Source: an uncultured Actinomycetota bacterium (GTDB lineage Bacteria; Actinomycetota; Actinomycetes; Propionibacteriales; Nocardioidaceae). From it: 64,000 nucleotides of DNA. Where the stretch lies: NCBI GenBank assembly GCA_963826015.1, contig CAWGVI010000008.1:12896-76895 (forward strand). Direction: 5' to 3'. The notes under the pieces were generated by a model, which made no database searches, was not told the DNA's origin, and saw nothing but the letters and a program-made list of their open reading frames with translations. This document shows, piece by piece, positions 33,042 to 44,273 of this stretch. The translations under genes and the position numbers were made by a program. Each line of letters opens with the position of its first letter. The first letter of the stretch is position 1.

Positions 33042-33227
33042 GTGGCTGCCGTCTGTGACATCTGCGCGAAGAAGCCCGGCTTCGGCAACAACCGTCCGTG
33101 GTCGCGCAAGATCACGAAGCGTCGCTTCGACCCCAACATCCAGCGGGTCCGGGCGACGGTGAACGGCACCCCGAAGCGCCTCAACGTCTGCACCGGCTGC
33201 CTCAAGGCCGGGAAGGTCTCGCGCTAG
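33042..33227 (+). CDS. rpmB: 50S ribosomal protein L28 (Zn-ribbon form)
   Basis: CDICAKKPGFG...RRFDPNIQ...VCTGCLKAGK; RBS AGGAG. Confidence 0.96.
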   Translation: MAAVCDICAKKPGFGNNRPWSRKITKRRFDPNIQRVRATVNGTPKRLNVCTGCLKAGKVSR

Positions 33228-33263
33228 CGCGAACGGCGAAGCCGGTCGCGCGTGAGCGCGAGA

Positions 33264-33315
33264 GGTTGAGCAAGGCGTCGTGCCGCGCAGCGGAACGAAC
33301 CGCCGCGTCGAAACC
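33264..33315. repeat. REP-like element
   Basis: ggttgagc...gtcgaaacc, the reverse complement of the ggt(c/t)tcgac...gctc(g/a)acc frame also seen at 59005 and 60817. Confidence 0.5.
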
Positions 33316-33331
33316 CGGTGAGCCTCCGCAC

Positions 33332-33364
33332 AGGCCCTCATCCCGTCGGATGAGGGCCTTTCTG
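33332..33364 (+). terminator. Intrinsic terminator between rpmB and thiL
   Basis: aggccctcatcc-cgtc-ggatgagggcct followed by ttct. Confidence 0.8.
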
Positions 33365-33370
33365 CACTGC

Positions 33371-34318
33371 TCAGAAGTGGGTCCAGCCGGTCGGGCCGTC
33401 GTACTCCGCGCCGTCGACGGTCACGCCACTGCCCTCCGCGACCGCACCGATGACCTGCCAGCCGGCCGGGACCGAGCCCTCGGGGAAGGTCGCCAGCAGG
33501 GCGTGGTCGTCGCCGCCGCCGAGGATGAAGCCGAGCGGGTCGGCGCCGAGCGCCCCGCCGACGGCCACCAGCGGCTCGGGCACCTCGAACGCGTCGCGGC
33601 GTACGTCGATCGCGACGCCGGAGGCCTCGGCGAGGTGGCGCGCCTCGGCGAGCAGCCCGTCGGAGATGTCGATCATCGCGGTCGCTCCGGCCTCGGCGGC
33701 GACCTGCCCCGCGTCGTACGGCGGCTCGGGTCGGCGGTAGGCCTCGACCAGCACCCGCGGCGACCGGAAGCCGCGCCCGAGCACGGCGAGCCCGCCGGCC
33801 GCCCAGCCCTGGCGGCCGGTCAGCGCGAGCACCTCGCCCGCCCCGGCGCCGCTGCGCAGCACCGGGGAGACGGTGCAGGCGCCGATCACGGTCACCGCGA
33901 TCATCACCTGGTCGGCCCGGGTCAGGTCTCCCCCGACGACGCTGGCGCCGACCAGCGCGCACTCGTCGGCGAAGCCGCGGGCGAAGTCGAGGGCCCACTG
34001 CGCCGGCAGGTCCGGCGGGGTGGCCAGACCGATCGTGAGGGAGGTCGCCCGGCCGCCCATCGCGTTGACGTCGGAGAGGTTCTGGGCGGCGGCCCGGTGG
34101 CCGACGTCGCCGGCCTCGGCCCAGTCCCGGCGGAAGTGGCGGCCCTCGACCATCAGGTCGGTGGAGACGACCACGTGCCCGGTCCGGACCCGCAGCACCG
34201 CGGCGTCGTCACCCGGTCCGACGAGCACGTGCTCGCCCTGCGCGAAGAGCGGCGCGAGGGCGTCGATGAGGGCGAACTCGCCGACATCGGCGACGGTGGC
34301 GTCAGGAGGGATGGCCAT
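33371..34318 (-). CDS. thiL: Thiamine-monophosphate kinase
   Basis: GEFALI, GPGDDAA, NLSDVNAMGG, DISDGL, GWTHF. Confidence 0.96.
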   Translation of the reverse strand: MAIPPDATVADVGEFALIDALAPLFAQGEHVLVGPGDDAAVLRVRTGHVVVSTDLMVEGRHFRRDWAEAGDVGHRAAAQNLSDVNAMGGRATSLTIGLATPPDLPAQWALDFARGFADECALVGASVVGGDLTRADQVMIAVTVIGACTVSPVLRSGAGAGEVLALTGRQGWAAGGLAVLGRGFRSPRVLVEAYRRPEPPYDAGQVAAEAGATAMIDISDGLLAEARHLAEASGVAIDVRRDAFEVPEPLVAVGGALGADPLGFILGGGDDHALLATFPEGSVPAGWQVIGAVAEGSGVTVDGAEYDGPTGWTHF

Positions 34319-34418
34319 GTCACCATCCCAGCAGACCCCGTGCCGCAGGTCCCTACCGGCTCGCGCGCGAGGCACGATAGGTTGACGCGGTACCAGTCAG
34401 TAGAGACGAGGAGATCCG

Positions 34419-34655
34419 ATGGTCGTCCAGGCGTACATCCTGATCCAGACCGACGTGGGCAAGGCGGCCGAGGTCGCACGCGAGATCGCCCAGGTCAAGG
34501 GCGTCACCCTCGCCGAGGACGTGACCGGTCCCTACGACGTGATCGTGCGAGCCGAGGCCCGCAACGTCGACGAGCTCGGCAAGCTGGTCGTGTCGAAGGT
34601 GCAGAACCTCGATGGGATCACGCGCACGCTGACGTGCCCCGTCGTGCACATCTGA
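34419..34655 (+). CDS. Lrp/AsnC ligand-binding domain protein
   Basis: AYILIQT..GK, VTGPYDVIV, TRTLTC. Confidence 0.92.
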   Translation: MVVQAYILIQTDVGKAAEVAREIAQVKGVTLAEDVTGPYDVIVRAEARNVDELGKLVVSKVQNLDGITRTLTCPVVHI

Positions 34656-34666
34656 GACACCCACCC

Positions 34667-35179
34667 GTGTCGGAGCGGCGCCCCGCGACCTGCCGGTCGC
34701 GGGGCGTCGTGCTGTCCGGGGCCGCCCTGCTGCTCCTGCTGGCCGGCTGCGGCGCGGGGCCGCTCGAGGCCGATCCACCCTCCCCCGACTCCGCCGAGGC
34801 GAAGGCCTGCCGCGACTTCGTCTCCTCGCTGCCGGACGAGCTCGCCGGTGAGGAGCGTCGGGAGGTGACCGGCGGGGACGGCCTCGTCGCCGCCTGGGGC
34901 GACCCCGCCATCGTGCTGCGCTGCGGCGTCGACGCACCCGCGGGCTTCACCCGGACCTCGACCTGCATCGAGGCCAACGGCGCCGGCTGGTTCGTGCCGG
35001 ACGAGGTGCTGCTCGCCGAGGACGAGGGTGCGGACGTGCTGATGACGGCGGCCGGCTTCCGACCCCGGGTGGAGGTCTTCCTCCCCGGCGACTACCGGCC
35101 CGACGGCGTCCTCGACACCACCGGCACCCTGGGCGCCCTCGTCTCCGACCAGCTCACGCTCGAGCAGCGCTGCCGCTGA
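34667..35179 (+). CDS. DUF3515-like lipoprotein
   Basis: Lipobox LAGC, AAWGDPAIVLRCGV; usual position after the Lrp-domain gene. Confidence 0.85.
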   Translation: MSERRPATCRSRGVVLSGAALLLLLAGCGAGPLEADPPSPDSAEAKACRDFVSSLPDELAGEERREVTGGDGLVAAWGDPAIVLRCGVDAPAGFTRTSTCIEANGAGWFVPDEVLLAEDEGADVLMTAAGFRPRVEVFLPGDYRPDGVLDTTGTLGALVSDQLTLEQRCR

Positions 35180-35202
35180 GCCGGTAGGCGTACGGTCGGG
35201 CG

Positions 35203-36453
35203 ATGGTGGTCCGTCGTGTCCTGGTCGCAGCCGTGGCGATCGCCGCCGCGCCGTGGACGGGACCGGTCGCGACGGCAGCGGCGAGACCGGCCGGGGTCGG
35301 CGCGATCGAGGTCGTGGCCCTGACCAGCGAGGACGAGCAGCCGACGGAGCTGATGGTGTCGGAGACGCTGGAGCACTCGGTCTCGGCCTCCGGCAACCGG
35401 GTCGTCTTCCGCGCGCGTCGGTCCGGGTGGGTGGCCGAGGACGCCAACGGTCACCGGTCGGACGTGTTCCTCCGCAACCGGCGGACCGGCACCACCGAGA
35501 TCGTCTCGGTGAACAGCGCGGAGGAGCAGTTCGAGAGCGCCGCCCACCCCGTCATCTCCGGGAACGGGCGGTACGTCGCCTACACCGCCGTCCGCGACGG
35601 CGAGCACCTTCTCTTCGTCCGGGACCTGCGGGAGGGTACGACCCGGCTGGCCTCGGTGGTCCGGGGGCGACCCGCCACCGTCCACGGCTCGCCCGCGATC
35701 TCCCACGACGGCCGGTACGTCGCTTTCGGCCGCAGCCGGAACCGCCCCGTCGGTGTGTACGTCCGTGACCTGCGGCAGCGGCGGACCACGCTGGTCAGTG
35801 GGACCCCGGGCCCCGGCGTCCTCCGGGACCCCGGGTTCGTCACCCTCTCCTCGAACGGCCGGTACGTCGCGTTCAGCGCCGACCTCTGGCGCAGCGAGGG
35901 CGACCGGCTCAGGTACGCCGGCGACCGGATGGTCCACGTCGACCTCCGCACCGGCGAGCGCGGGATGGTCGGGCACTACCGCTGGGATCCGGGCTTCGTC
36001 TCCGACGACGGCCATCAGCTCGTCTACACGCGTGACTTCCCGGGACCGTGCGAGGAGACCGGCTGCGGCACGGTCGTGCGCCTGGACCTCACGACGGGGG
36101 AGATCGACCCGATCTCCGTGGACGCCGAGGGGGAGGCGGTCCCGGCCCTGCTCGCCGACAGCCGGAGCGCCGTCTCCGCCGACGGACGCTACGTCGTCTT
36201 CGTGACCGCAGAGCCGCTGGTGCCAGAGGACACGAACGGTCCCCAGTTCTTCGACGTCTACCGGCGCGACCTGCTCACCGGCACCACCGAGCTGGTCAGT
36301 CGCGGCCCGGACGCCGTGGGCGAACGGGGCGGTCAGGCACCCTCGATCTCGGCGACCGGGGGGTTCGTGACGTTCCTGTCGACGTCGTCGAACCTGGTGG
36401 CCGACGACGCCAACGGAGCGGCCGACGACCTGTTCCTGTGGACCGCCCCCTAG
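35203..36453 (+). CDS. Secreted TolB-like (PD40) beta-propeller protein
   Basis: Signal peptide; repeated ISGNGRYVAY/ISHDGRYVAF/VSADGRYVVF and DTNG..DV motifs. Confidence 0.85.
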   Translation: MVVRRVLVAAVAIAAAPWTGPVATAAARPAGVGAIEVVALTSEDEQPTELMVSETLEHSVSASGNRVVFRARRSGWVAEDANGHRSDVFLRNRRTGTTEIVSVNSAEEQFESAAHPVISGNGRYVAYTAVRDGEHLLFVRDLREGTTRLASVVRGRPATVHGSPAISHDGRYVAFGRSRNRPVGVYVRDLRQRRTTLVSGTPGPGVLRDPGFVTLSSNGRYVAFSADLWRSEGDRLRYAGDRMVHVDLRTGERGMVGHYRWDPGFVSDDGHQLVYTRDFPGPCEETGCGTVVRLDLTTGEIDPISVDAEGEAVPALLADSRSAVSADGRYVVFVTAEPLVPEDTNGPQFFDVYRRDLLTGTTELVSRGPDAVGERGGQAPSISATGGFVTFLSTSSNLVADDANGAADDLFLWTAP

Positions 36454-36462
36454 CGGGGAGGG

Positions 36463-37587
36463 TCAGCGCAGGCCGGTGTCGCGGCGCAGCGCGAGCCGCA
36501 GCAGCCGGTCGACGAGCCCGGGGTAGTCCAGGCCGGTGGCGGCCCACATCTGCGGGTACATCGAGAGCGGCGTGAAGCCGGGCATCGTGTTCAGCTCGTT
36601 GATGACCAGCCCGCCGTCGGGCAGCAGGAAGAAGTCGACCCGGGCCAGGCCCTCGCACGAGACCGCGTCGAAGGCGAGGGCCGAGAGCTCCCGGATCCGG
36701 GCCGCGGCCTCGGCCGGGACGTCGGCGGGGATGTCGAGCCGGGTGGCCTCCTCGGGGAGGTACTTGGCCTCGAAGTCGTAGAACTCGTGGTCACCGGTGA
36801 CGGTGATCTCGGCGGGGACGGAGGTCTCCGGTCCTCCCTCGAACGCCTCGAGCACCCCGCACTCGACCTCGCGCGAGCCCGCCGGGGCGGCCGCCTCGAC
36901 CAGCACCTTCGGGTCGTGCTCCTGGGCCAGCGCCATCGCGGCGTCGAGCTCGGAGGCGTCGTGGACCTTGCTGATGCCGAAGCTGGAGCCGCCCCGGGCG
37001 GGCTTGGCGAAGACGGGGTAGCCGAGCTCGGCGACCCGCGCGCGGCAGGCTCCGGGATCGGCCTCCCACTCGCGGCGGGTGACCACGACGCCGGGCAGCA
37101 CCGGCAGCCCGGCCGCGCGCAGCACGACCTTGAGGTAGGCCTTGTCCATGCCGACGGCCGAGGCCAGCACCCCGGCCCCGACGTACCGGACGTCGGCCAT
37201 CTCGAGCATCCCCTGGATGGTGCCGTCCTCGCCCCACGGGCCGTGCAGCAGAGGGAAGACCACGTCGACCGCGCCGATGACCTCGGGGACCGAGGACGCG
37301 TCGGCGACGACGAGGTCGGTGGCGTCCTGGTCGCGGAGGAGCGCGACGCCCGCGCGGTCGCCGTCGACGTGCGGCAGCTCGCGGCCGCTGATCGCGAGCC
37401 GCTCGGTGTCGCCGGACTCCAGCACCCACCGGCCGTCGGTCGCGATGCCGACCGGGACGACGTCGTACTGCTCGGGATCGATGGCCGCGAGGACGCTGCC
37501 GGCGGTCACGCACGAGACACCGTGCTCGCTGGATCGGCCGCCGAAGACGACGGCGACGCGGGGCCGGCGGGGGGTGGGTGCAGTCAT
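36463..37587 (-). CDS. ddl: D-alanine--D-alanine ligase
   Basis: FGGRSSEH, LHGPWGEDG, GGSSFG, FYDFEAKY, NELNTMPGFT. Confidence 0.97.
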   Translation of the reverse strand: MTAPTPRRPRVAVVFGGRSSEHGVSCVTAGSVLAAIDPEQYDVVPVGIATDGRWVLESGDTERLAISGRELPHVDGDRAGVALLRDQDATDLVVADASSVPEVIGAVDVVFPLLHGPWGEDGTIQGMLEMADVRYVGAGVLASAVGMDKAYLKVVLRAAGLPVLPGVVVTRREWEADPGACRARVAELGYPVFAKPARGGSSFGISKVHDASELDAAMALAQEHDPKVLVEAAAPAGSREVECGVLEAFEGGPETSVPAEITVTGDHEFYDFEAKYLPEEATRLDIPADVPAEAAARIRELSALAFDAVSCEGLARVDFFLLPDGGLVINELNTMPGFTPLSMYPQMWAATGLDYPGLVDRLLRLALRRDTGLR

Positions 37588-37619
37588 CGGCACGACCCTA
37601 GCGGCCTAGGGTTCCGGGT
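37588..37619. promoter_or_regulatory. Back-to-back -10 elements for probably leaderless ddl and metB-like genes
   Basis: accctag-cggc-ctagggt gives TAGGGT on each strand, each exactly 7 nt before an ATG. Confidence 0.65.
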
Positions 37620-38693
37620 ATGAGCGACGACCCGTCCCTGAAGCCGGCCACGCTGGCGGTGACCGCCGGACGTCCCCCGCACGAGCCCGACCAGCCGCTC
37701 AACGTGCCGCTGACGATGGCCTCGACGTACGTCGCGGGCGGCGACCTGGAGTACGGCCGCTACGGCAACCCGACCTGGAGCGCGTTCGAGGACGCGCTCG
37801 GCGCGCTCGAGGGCGGCCGCGCGCTCGCCTTCTCGACCGGCCTCGCCGCCGTCGCCACCGTGCTCGACCTCGTCGGCCAGGGCGCCAAGGTCGTCGCGCC
37901 CCGGCACGCCTACCAGGGCAGCGTGATGCAGCTGGCCGACCTCGAGGCGCGTGGCCGGCTCACGGTCTCGCTGGTCGACGTCACCGACACCGACGCCGTG
38001 CTCGCGGCGTGCGTCGACTCAGCGCTGGTGTGGATGGAGTCCCCCACCAACCCGGCGCTCGAGATCGCCGAGCTCGACCGGATCATCCCCGCGGCGCACG
38101 AGGCCGGGGCCTACGTCGTGGTCGACAACACCTTCGCCACCCCGCTGCTGCAGCGGCCGTTGGAGCTCGGGGCCGACATGGTGGTCCACTCCGCGACCAA
38201 GTACCTCGCCGGCCACAGCGACGCCCTGCTGGGCGCGGTCGTCACCGGCGACGACGAGCTCCACCGGGTCCTGAAGAACCGGCGCGACCTGGTCGGCGCG
38301 GTCCCCGGCACCCTCGAGGCGTGGCTGGCCGTGCGTGGCCTGCGCACCCTGCACCTGCGCGTCGAGCGTGCCCAGGCCAACGCCACCGAGCTCGCCGCCC
38401 GGCTGCGCGAGCACCCCGCGATCTCCGAGGTCCGCTACCCCGGCTTCGGCGGGATCGTCGCGATCGTGCTGGCCGAGGGTGCGATGGCCGCCGACCTGCT
38501 CACCCGCACGACCACGCTGTGGGTCCACGCCACCTCGCTCGGCGGGGTCGAGTCGACCTTCGAGCGACGCCGTCGCTGGCGCACGGAGGCCGCCACCATC
38601 CCCGAGGGGCTGGTCCGGATGAGCGTCGGCATCGAGGACGTCGACGACCTCTGGGACGACCTGCGGCGGGCCCTGGACGACCTGGTGGGTTGA
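37620..38693 (+). CDS. Cys/Met metabolism PLP enzyme (cystathionine gamma-synthase family)
   Basis: YGRYGNPT, ESPTNP, VDNTFATP, HSATKYLAGHSD, TSLGGVES. Confidence 0.93.
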   Translation: MSDDPSLKPATLAVTAGRPPHEPDQPLNVPLTMASTYVAGGDLEYGRYGNPTWSAFEDALGALEGGRALAFSTGLAAVATVLDLVGQGAKVVAPRHAYQGSVMQLADLEARGRLTVSLVDVTDTDAVLAACVDSALVWMESPTNPALEIAELDRIIPAAHEAGAYVVVDNTFATPLLQRPLELGADMVVHSATKYLAGHSDALLGAVVTGDDELHRVLKNRRDLVGAVPGTLEAWLAVRGLRTLHLRVERAQANATELAARLREHPAISEVRYPGFGGIVAIVLAEGAMAADLLTRTTTLWVHATSLGGVESTFERRRRWRTEAATIPEGLVRMSVGIEDVDDLWDDLRRALDDLVG

Positions 38694-38763
38694 GTTGGGG
38701 GCTTTGGCCCCTCGCTGGGGGCCGAAAACCCCCACTCACGGGGCCGAACCCCCCAACTCAACC
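38688..38763. repeat. Palindromic intergenic element between convergent genes
   Basis: 14-bp terminal inverted repeat ggttgagttggggg...cccccaactcaacc with an internal duplicate ggggccgaa..cccc.actc. Confidence 0.8.
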
Positions 38764-38764
38764 T

Positions 38765-39764
38765 CTAGTCGGTCTCGGCCTTGGTGTCGCGGTCGATGAA
38801 GGCCTGCATCATGTCGACGGCGGTGATCTCGCCGACGACGACCGAGGCGACGTGCTGGGCGAGGGGGGCGTCGACGCCGGTGCGCTGGGCGAGCGCGAAC
38901 AGCGAGGAGCAGGACTTCGCACCCTCGGCGACCTGCCGGGTCGAGGCGTAGATGTCCTCGGTGGTCATGCCCCGGCCGAGCTTCTCGCCGAACGTGCGGT
39001 TGCGCGAGAGCGGTGAGGAGCAGGTGGCCACGAGGTCGCCGAGCCCGGCCAGGCCCATCAGCGTCAGCGGGTTGGCCCCCAGGGCGGTCGCGAGCCGTGC
39101 GGTCTCGGCCAGACCACGGGTGATGACCGACGCGGTGGTGTTGTCGCCGAAGCCGAGCCCCACCGCCATCCCGACGGCCAGGCCGACCACGTTCTTGTAC
39201 GCGCCCCCGAGCTCGCAGCCGAGCACGTCGACGGAGGTGTAGGGGCGGAACGCCGTGGAGTGGCACATGTCCTGCAGCCGCCTGGCGACGTCCTCGTCGG
39301 TGCACGCGACGACGGAGGCGGCCGGCTCGCGGCTGGCGATCTCGCGCGAGAGGTTCGGCCCGCTGATGACCGCGATCCGCTCCTGGCCGGCACCGGTGAC
39401 CTCGCCGATCACCTCGCTCATCCGCTTCAGACTGCCGAGCTCGACGCCCTTCATCAGCGAGACCATCGGTACGTCGGGCAGCACCGGTGCCCACTCGCTC
39501 GAGGTTCTCGCGGAAGGACTGCGAGGGCACCGCGAAGACGATGGCGTCCGCACCGTCGACCGCGACCTGCGGGTCGTGCGTCGCGGTGATCGACTCGGGC
39601 AGCGTGGTGTCGGGCAGGTAGTCGGGATTCTCGTGGCGCTGCGCGATCGCCTCGCAGACCTCCTCGCGCCGACCCCAGATGGTGACGTCGTTGCCGGCGT
39701 CGGCCAGGACCATCGAGAACGCCGTGCCCCAGGAGCCGGCGCCGAAGACCGCGACCCGGCTCAC
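38765..39764 (-). CDS. gpsA: NAD(P)H-dependent glycerol-3-phosphate dehydrogenase (frameshift near 39500)
   Basis: GAGSWGTA in one frame; [24 protein letters not shown] in the next. Confidence 0.93.
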
Positions 39765-40526
39765 GACCGGTCCTGCTTCCGCGGGTTGCCGGTCTGGCGG
39801 ACCCCCGACGTCCGTGGGTCGTAGCGCTCGGGCGGCGGCGCCTCGCCCCGCAGGTCCGCGACGAGGTCGACGATCGCCGCCATGATCCGGTCGGTGGCGG
39901 CGCTGATCGTGGTCGCGTTGCGCGGCTCGGTCAGCAGGTCGGACAGGTCCACGGGGTCACCGGCCTTCATGTGGATCGTCTTGCGCGGCAGCAGCCGCGG
40001 CCTGGAGGAGTACGGCGGCAGCAGGGCCTGCGCGCCCCACTGCCCGACGGGGATCACGGGGCAGCCGGTCTCGAGCGCGATCCTGGCCGCCCCCGACTTG
40101 CCGGTCATCGGCCACAGGCCGGGGTCACGGGTGAGCGTGCCCTCGGGGTAGACCACGACGCACTCCCCCGCCCGGACGGCCGCCACCGCGGCGTCGAACG
40201 CTCCGACCGCGTTCTGGCTGAGCCGCTCGACCGGGATCTGGCCGGCGGAGCGCAGGTAGCGCACCCAGCACGCGGTTCTCGAACAGCCCGGACTTCGCGA
40301 GGTAGCGCGGCAGCCGGCCGTGGTCGTAGACGAAGTGCGCCGACAGCAGCGGGTCGATGTGGGAGATGTGGTTGACGGCGATGATGCACCCGCCCGTCGC
40401 GGGGATCTTCTCGCCGTCGATCCAGTCCCGGTCCGCGATCGCCAGCATGGAGGGCTTCACCAGCGACACCGCGATGTTGAACGTCCAGCCACGCTTCTGC
40501 TGGAGCTTGCGTACCGTCACGGCCAT
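39761..40526 (-). CDS. Lysophospholipid acyltransferase (frameshift near 40262)
   Basis: NHISHID, YLAK in one frame; [13 protein letters not shown] in the next. Confidence 0.9.
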
Positions 40527-40622
40527 CCTTCGTGGGTCGGGCTTCGTCGCTGTCCCCGCCGGCGTGACCGGCTGGCGGTGCATCCGCAGCAGGCTACTCC
40601 CCGGGTGGCAGGATCAGCCCCG

Positions 40623-41240
40623 ATGAAACGCCCGCAGTTCGTGGTCCTGGTCCCGGTCAAGGCACCGGCTCTCGGCAAGTCGCGGCTCCGCGTCCCCGAC
40701 CACCTGCGACCCGGGCTCGCCACCGCGTTCGCGCTCGACGCCGTGCACGCCGCGCGGCTCACGACCGGGGTCGTCGAGGTGGTGGTCGTGACCTCCGACC
40801 GTGACTTCGCAGTGCGCTGCCACGGTCTCGGCGTCGCCACGCTGCCCGACGGCGACGGGCTCAACGGTTCGCTGGTCGACGGCGCCGCGTCGGTGCGGTC
40901 GCGGTGGCCCGGGGCGACGCCGGTCGCGCTCTGCGCCGACCTCCCCTGCGTGCAGCCCGAGGAGCTGGCGGAGGCCCTGGGCCAGGTCGCGACGGGTGGC
41001 CGCTGGTTCGTCGCCGACCACACCGGCCTCGGCACCACGGCGTACGCCGCCCCGTACGACGCGTTCGAGCCGCACTTCGGCACGGACTCGGCGCGGGCCC
41101 ACCGTGCGGCCGGTGCCCGTGAGGTCGTCGGGGAGCTGGCCGGCCTGCGGCACGACGTCGACGACCAGGCCTCGCTGCTGGCGGCCGTCGGCCTCGGTCC
41201 GGGCGCGCACACCCGGGACGCCGTCGCACTGTTCTCCTGA
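40623..41240 (+). CDS. cofC: Phosphoenolpyruvate/2-phospho-L-lactate guanylyltransferase (F420 biosynthesis)
   Basis: VPVK...KSRL, GLN, ADLP, GTT, DVD. Confidence 0.88.
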   Translation: MKRPQFVVLVPVKAPALGKSRLRVPDHLRPGLATAFALDAVHAARLTTGVVEVVVVTSDRDFAVRCHGLGVATLPDGDGLNGSLVDGAASVRSRWPGATPVALCADLPCVQPEELAEALGQVATGGRWFVADHTGLGTTAYAAPYDAFEPHFGTDSARAHRAAGAREVVGELAGLRHDVDDQASLLAAVGLGPGAHTRDAVALFS

Positions 41241-41254
41241 CCGGCCCGGGACGC

Positions 41255-41289
41255 CGACAGGGGCCGCCCGGATCGGACGGCCCCTGTCG
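41255..41289. terminator. Stem-loop between convergent cofC and hup
   Basis: cgacaggggccg...cggcccctgtcg. Confidence 0.7.
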
Positions 41290-41300
41290 AACAGGATGGA

Positions 41301-41986
<686 letters not shown>

Positions 41987-42150
41987 TGTCTTCCCTTCCA
42001 ATGAACGCCTGGAGGCGGGCTCTTGCCCAACCACTCCTCAGCAAACTAGGCACTCGTGACGCCGCCCACAATGGCCACGCCGGACCTGAGCAGGGATTTC
42101 TGGGCGCTCCCGCACCCGCGCTCTCGTGACGAAAAGGGATGCCTCGACGA

Positions 42151-42179
42151 CGAAACCCCTTGCTGTGCAAGGGGTTTCG
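42151..42179 (-). terminator. Terminator hairpin after leuD
   Basis: cgaaaccccttgc-tgt-gcaaggggtttcg, perfect 13-bp stem. Confidence 0.8.
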
Positions 42180-42192
42180 CGATCAGAGCCGG

Positions 42193-42792
42193 TCAGGCAG
42201 TCACTGGCTTGAAGCTCGGACGCGTTGATTCGTACGCCGCGATGTCGTCGGCGTGGCCGAGCGTGATCCCGATGTCGTCGAGGCCCTCGAGCAGGCGCCA
42301 CCGCGTGTAGTCGTCGATGTCGAAGGAGTCCTCGATCCGGTCGGGCCCCTCGCCGGCGGTCACGGTGCGGGTGGTGAGGTCGACGGTGATCTCGGTGCCG
42401 GGCTCACGCTCGACGAGGTCCCACAGCCACTGCACGACCTTCTCGTCGACCTGCGCCGCCAGCAGGCCGGCCTTCCCGGAGTTGCCCCGGAAGATGTCGG
42501 CGAAGCGCGGCGACAGCACGACCTGGAAGCCGTAGTTCTGCAAGGCCCAGACGGCGTGCTCGCGGGACGAGCCGGTGCCGAAGTCGGGACCGGCGACGAG
42601 CACCGAGCCCGCGGCGTACACCTCCTGGTTGAGGACGAAGCCAGGGTCCTTGCGCCAGGCGGCGAAGAGGCCGTCCTCGAAGCCGGTCCGGGTCACGCGC
42701 TTGAGGTAGGACGCCGGGATGATCTGGTCGGTGTCGACGTTGCTCCGGCGCAGGGGCACGCCGACGCCGGTGTGGGCGGTGAACTTCTCCAT
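42193..42792 (-). CDS. leuD: 3-isopropylmalate dehydratase small subunit
   Basis: [27 protein letters not shown]. Confidence 0.97.
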   Translation of the reverse strand: MEKFTAHTGVGVPLRRSNVDTDQIIPASYLKRVTRTGFEDGLFAAWRKDPGFVLNQEVYAAGSVLVAGPDFGTGSSREHAVWALQNYGFQVVLSPRFADIFRGNSGKAGLLAAQVDEKVVQWLWDLVEREPGTEITVDLTTRTVTAGEGPDRIEDSFDIDDYTRWRLLEGLDDIGITLGHADDIAAYESTRPSFKPVTA

Positions 42793-44198
42793 CAGAGCTC
42801 CTGCAGGTCGGAGGGGGACGAGAGGGTGCCGCGGATCGCGGTCGCGGCCGCGACCGGCACCGACACCAGGTGGGTGCGGCCGCCGACGCCCTGCCGGCCC
42901 TCGAAGTTGCGGTTGGACGTGGAGGCGCTCCGCTCCTGCGGCGCCAGCTGGTCCGGGTTCATGCCCAGGCACATCGAGCAGCCCGCGCCACGCCACTCTC
43001 CGCCGGCTTCCTTGAAGACCACGTCGAGTCCCTCGTCCTCGGCCTGCAGCCGGACCCGGACCGAGCCGGGGACGACGAGCAGCCGGGTGCCGGACGCGAC
43101 GTGGCGGCCCTTGACGATCTCGGCGGCGAGCCGCAGGTCCTCGATCCGACCGTTGGTGCAGGAACCGACGAAGACGGTGTCGACCGCGATGTCGCGCATC
43201 GGGGTGCCGGCCTCGAGGCCCATGTAGGTGAGCGCCTTCTCCGCCGCGATCGCGTCACCGGCGTCGTCGAAGTCGGCGGGCGCGGGGACGGTGGCTCCCA
43301 GCGGCACGCCCTGGCCGGGGTTGGTGCCCCACGTGACGAACGGCGTCATCGTCGAGGCGTCGAGCACGATCTCCTTGTCGTACCGGGCGTCCTCATCGGT
43401 GCGCAGACTCGTCCAGTGCTCGACGGCGGCGTCCCAGTCGGCGCCGGTCGGCGCTGCCGGGCGTCCCTGGAGGTAGTCGAAGGTCGTCTGGTCGGGCGCG
43501 ATCAGGCCGGCCTTGGCGCCCCACTCGATCGACATGTTGCAGACCGTCATCCGGCCCTCCATCGAGAGCTCCTCGATGGCCGGGCCGCGGTACTCCACGA
43601 CGTACCCCTGGCCGCCGCCGGTGCCCGTGTGGGCGATGAGGGTGAGGACGAGGTCCTTGGCGGTGACGCCGGCGGGCAGGCTGCCCTCGACCGTGACGGC
43701 CATCGTCTTCGGCCTGGCCTGCATGAGGGTCTGCGTCGCGAGGACGTGCTCGACCTCGGAGGTGCCGATGCCGAACGCGAGCGCGCCGAACGCGCCGTGG
43801 GTGCTCGTGTGGGAGTCGCCGCACACGATCGTCATGCCCGGCTGGGTCAGCCCGAGCTGCGGGCCGACGACGTGGACGATGCCCTGCTCGACGTCGCCGA
43901 GCGGGTGGAGCCGGACGCCGAACTCCTCGCAGTTGCGGCGCAGCGTCTCGACCTGGGTCCGGGACACGGGGTCGGCGATCGGCTTGTCCCAGTCGACCGT
44001 GGGGACGTTGTGGTCCTCGGTCGCGATGGTGAGGTCGGGGCGTCGTACGGCGCGGTCGGCGAGCCGGAGCCCGTCGAAGGCCTGGGGGCTGGTGACCTCG
44101 TGGATGAGGTGGAGATCGATGTAGAGGAGGTCCGGCTCCCCGTCCTTCGACCGGACGACGTGCTCGTCCCACACCTTCTCCGACAGGGTCCTGCCCAT
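42792..44198 (-). CDS. leuC: 3-isopropylmalate dehydratase large subunit
   Basis: [43 protein letters not shown]. Confidence 0.98.
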   Translation of the reverse strand: MGRTLSEKVWDEHVVRSKDGEPDLLYIDLHLIHEVTSPQAFDGLRLADRAVRRPDLTIATEDHNVPTVDWDKPIADPVSRTQVETLRRNCEEFGVRLHPLGDVEQGIVHVVGPQLGLTQPGMTIVCGDSHTSTHGAFGALAFGIGTSEVEHVLATQTLMQARPKTMAVTVEGSLPAGVTAKDLVLTLIAHTGTGGGQGYVVEYRGPAIEELSMEGRMTVCNMSIEWGAKAGLIAPDQTTFDYLQGRPAAPTGADWDAAVEHWTSLRTDEDARYDKEIVLDASTMTPFVTWGTNPGQGVPLGATVPAPADFDDAGDAIAAEKALTYMGLEAGTPMRDIAVDTVFVGSCTNGRIEDLRLAAEIVKGRHVASGTRLLVVPGSVRVRLQAEDEGLDVVFKEAGGEWRGAGCSMCLGMNPDQLAPQERSASTSNRNFEGRQGVGGRTHLVSVPVAAATAIRGTLSSPSDLQEL

Positions 44199-44243
44199 CA
44201 CTGCTCCTCCTCGTTCGACGACGCGGAAAGCGTACGCCTTGCC

Positions 44244-44259
44244 ATCCACAATCCGAGAC
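44244..44259. promoter_or_regulatory. Possible IclR/NdgR operator in the leuC-regulator spacer
   Basis: Imperfect dyad atccacaatccgagac in the 75-bp divergent spacer. Confidence 0.35.
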
Positions 44260-44273
44260 GGCAGTATTGGTAT

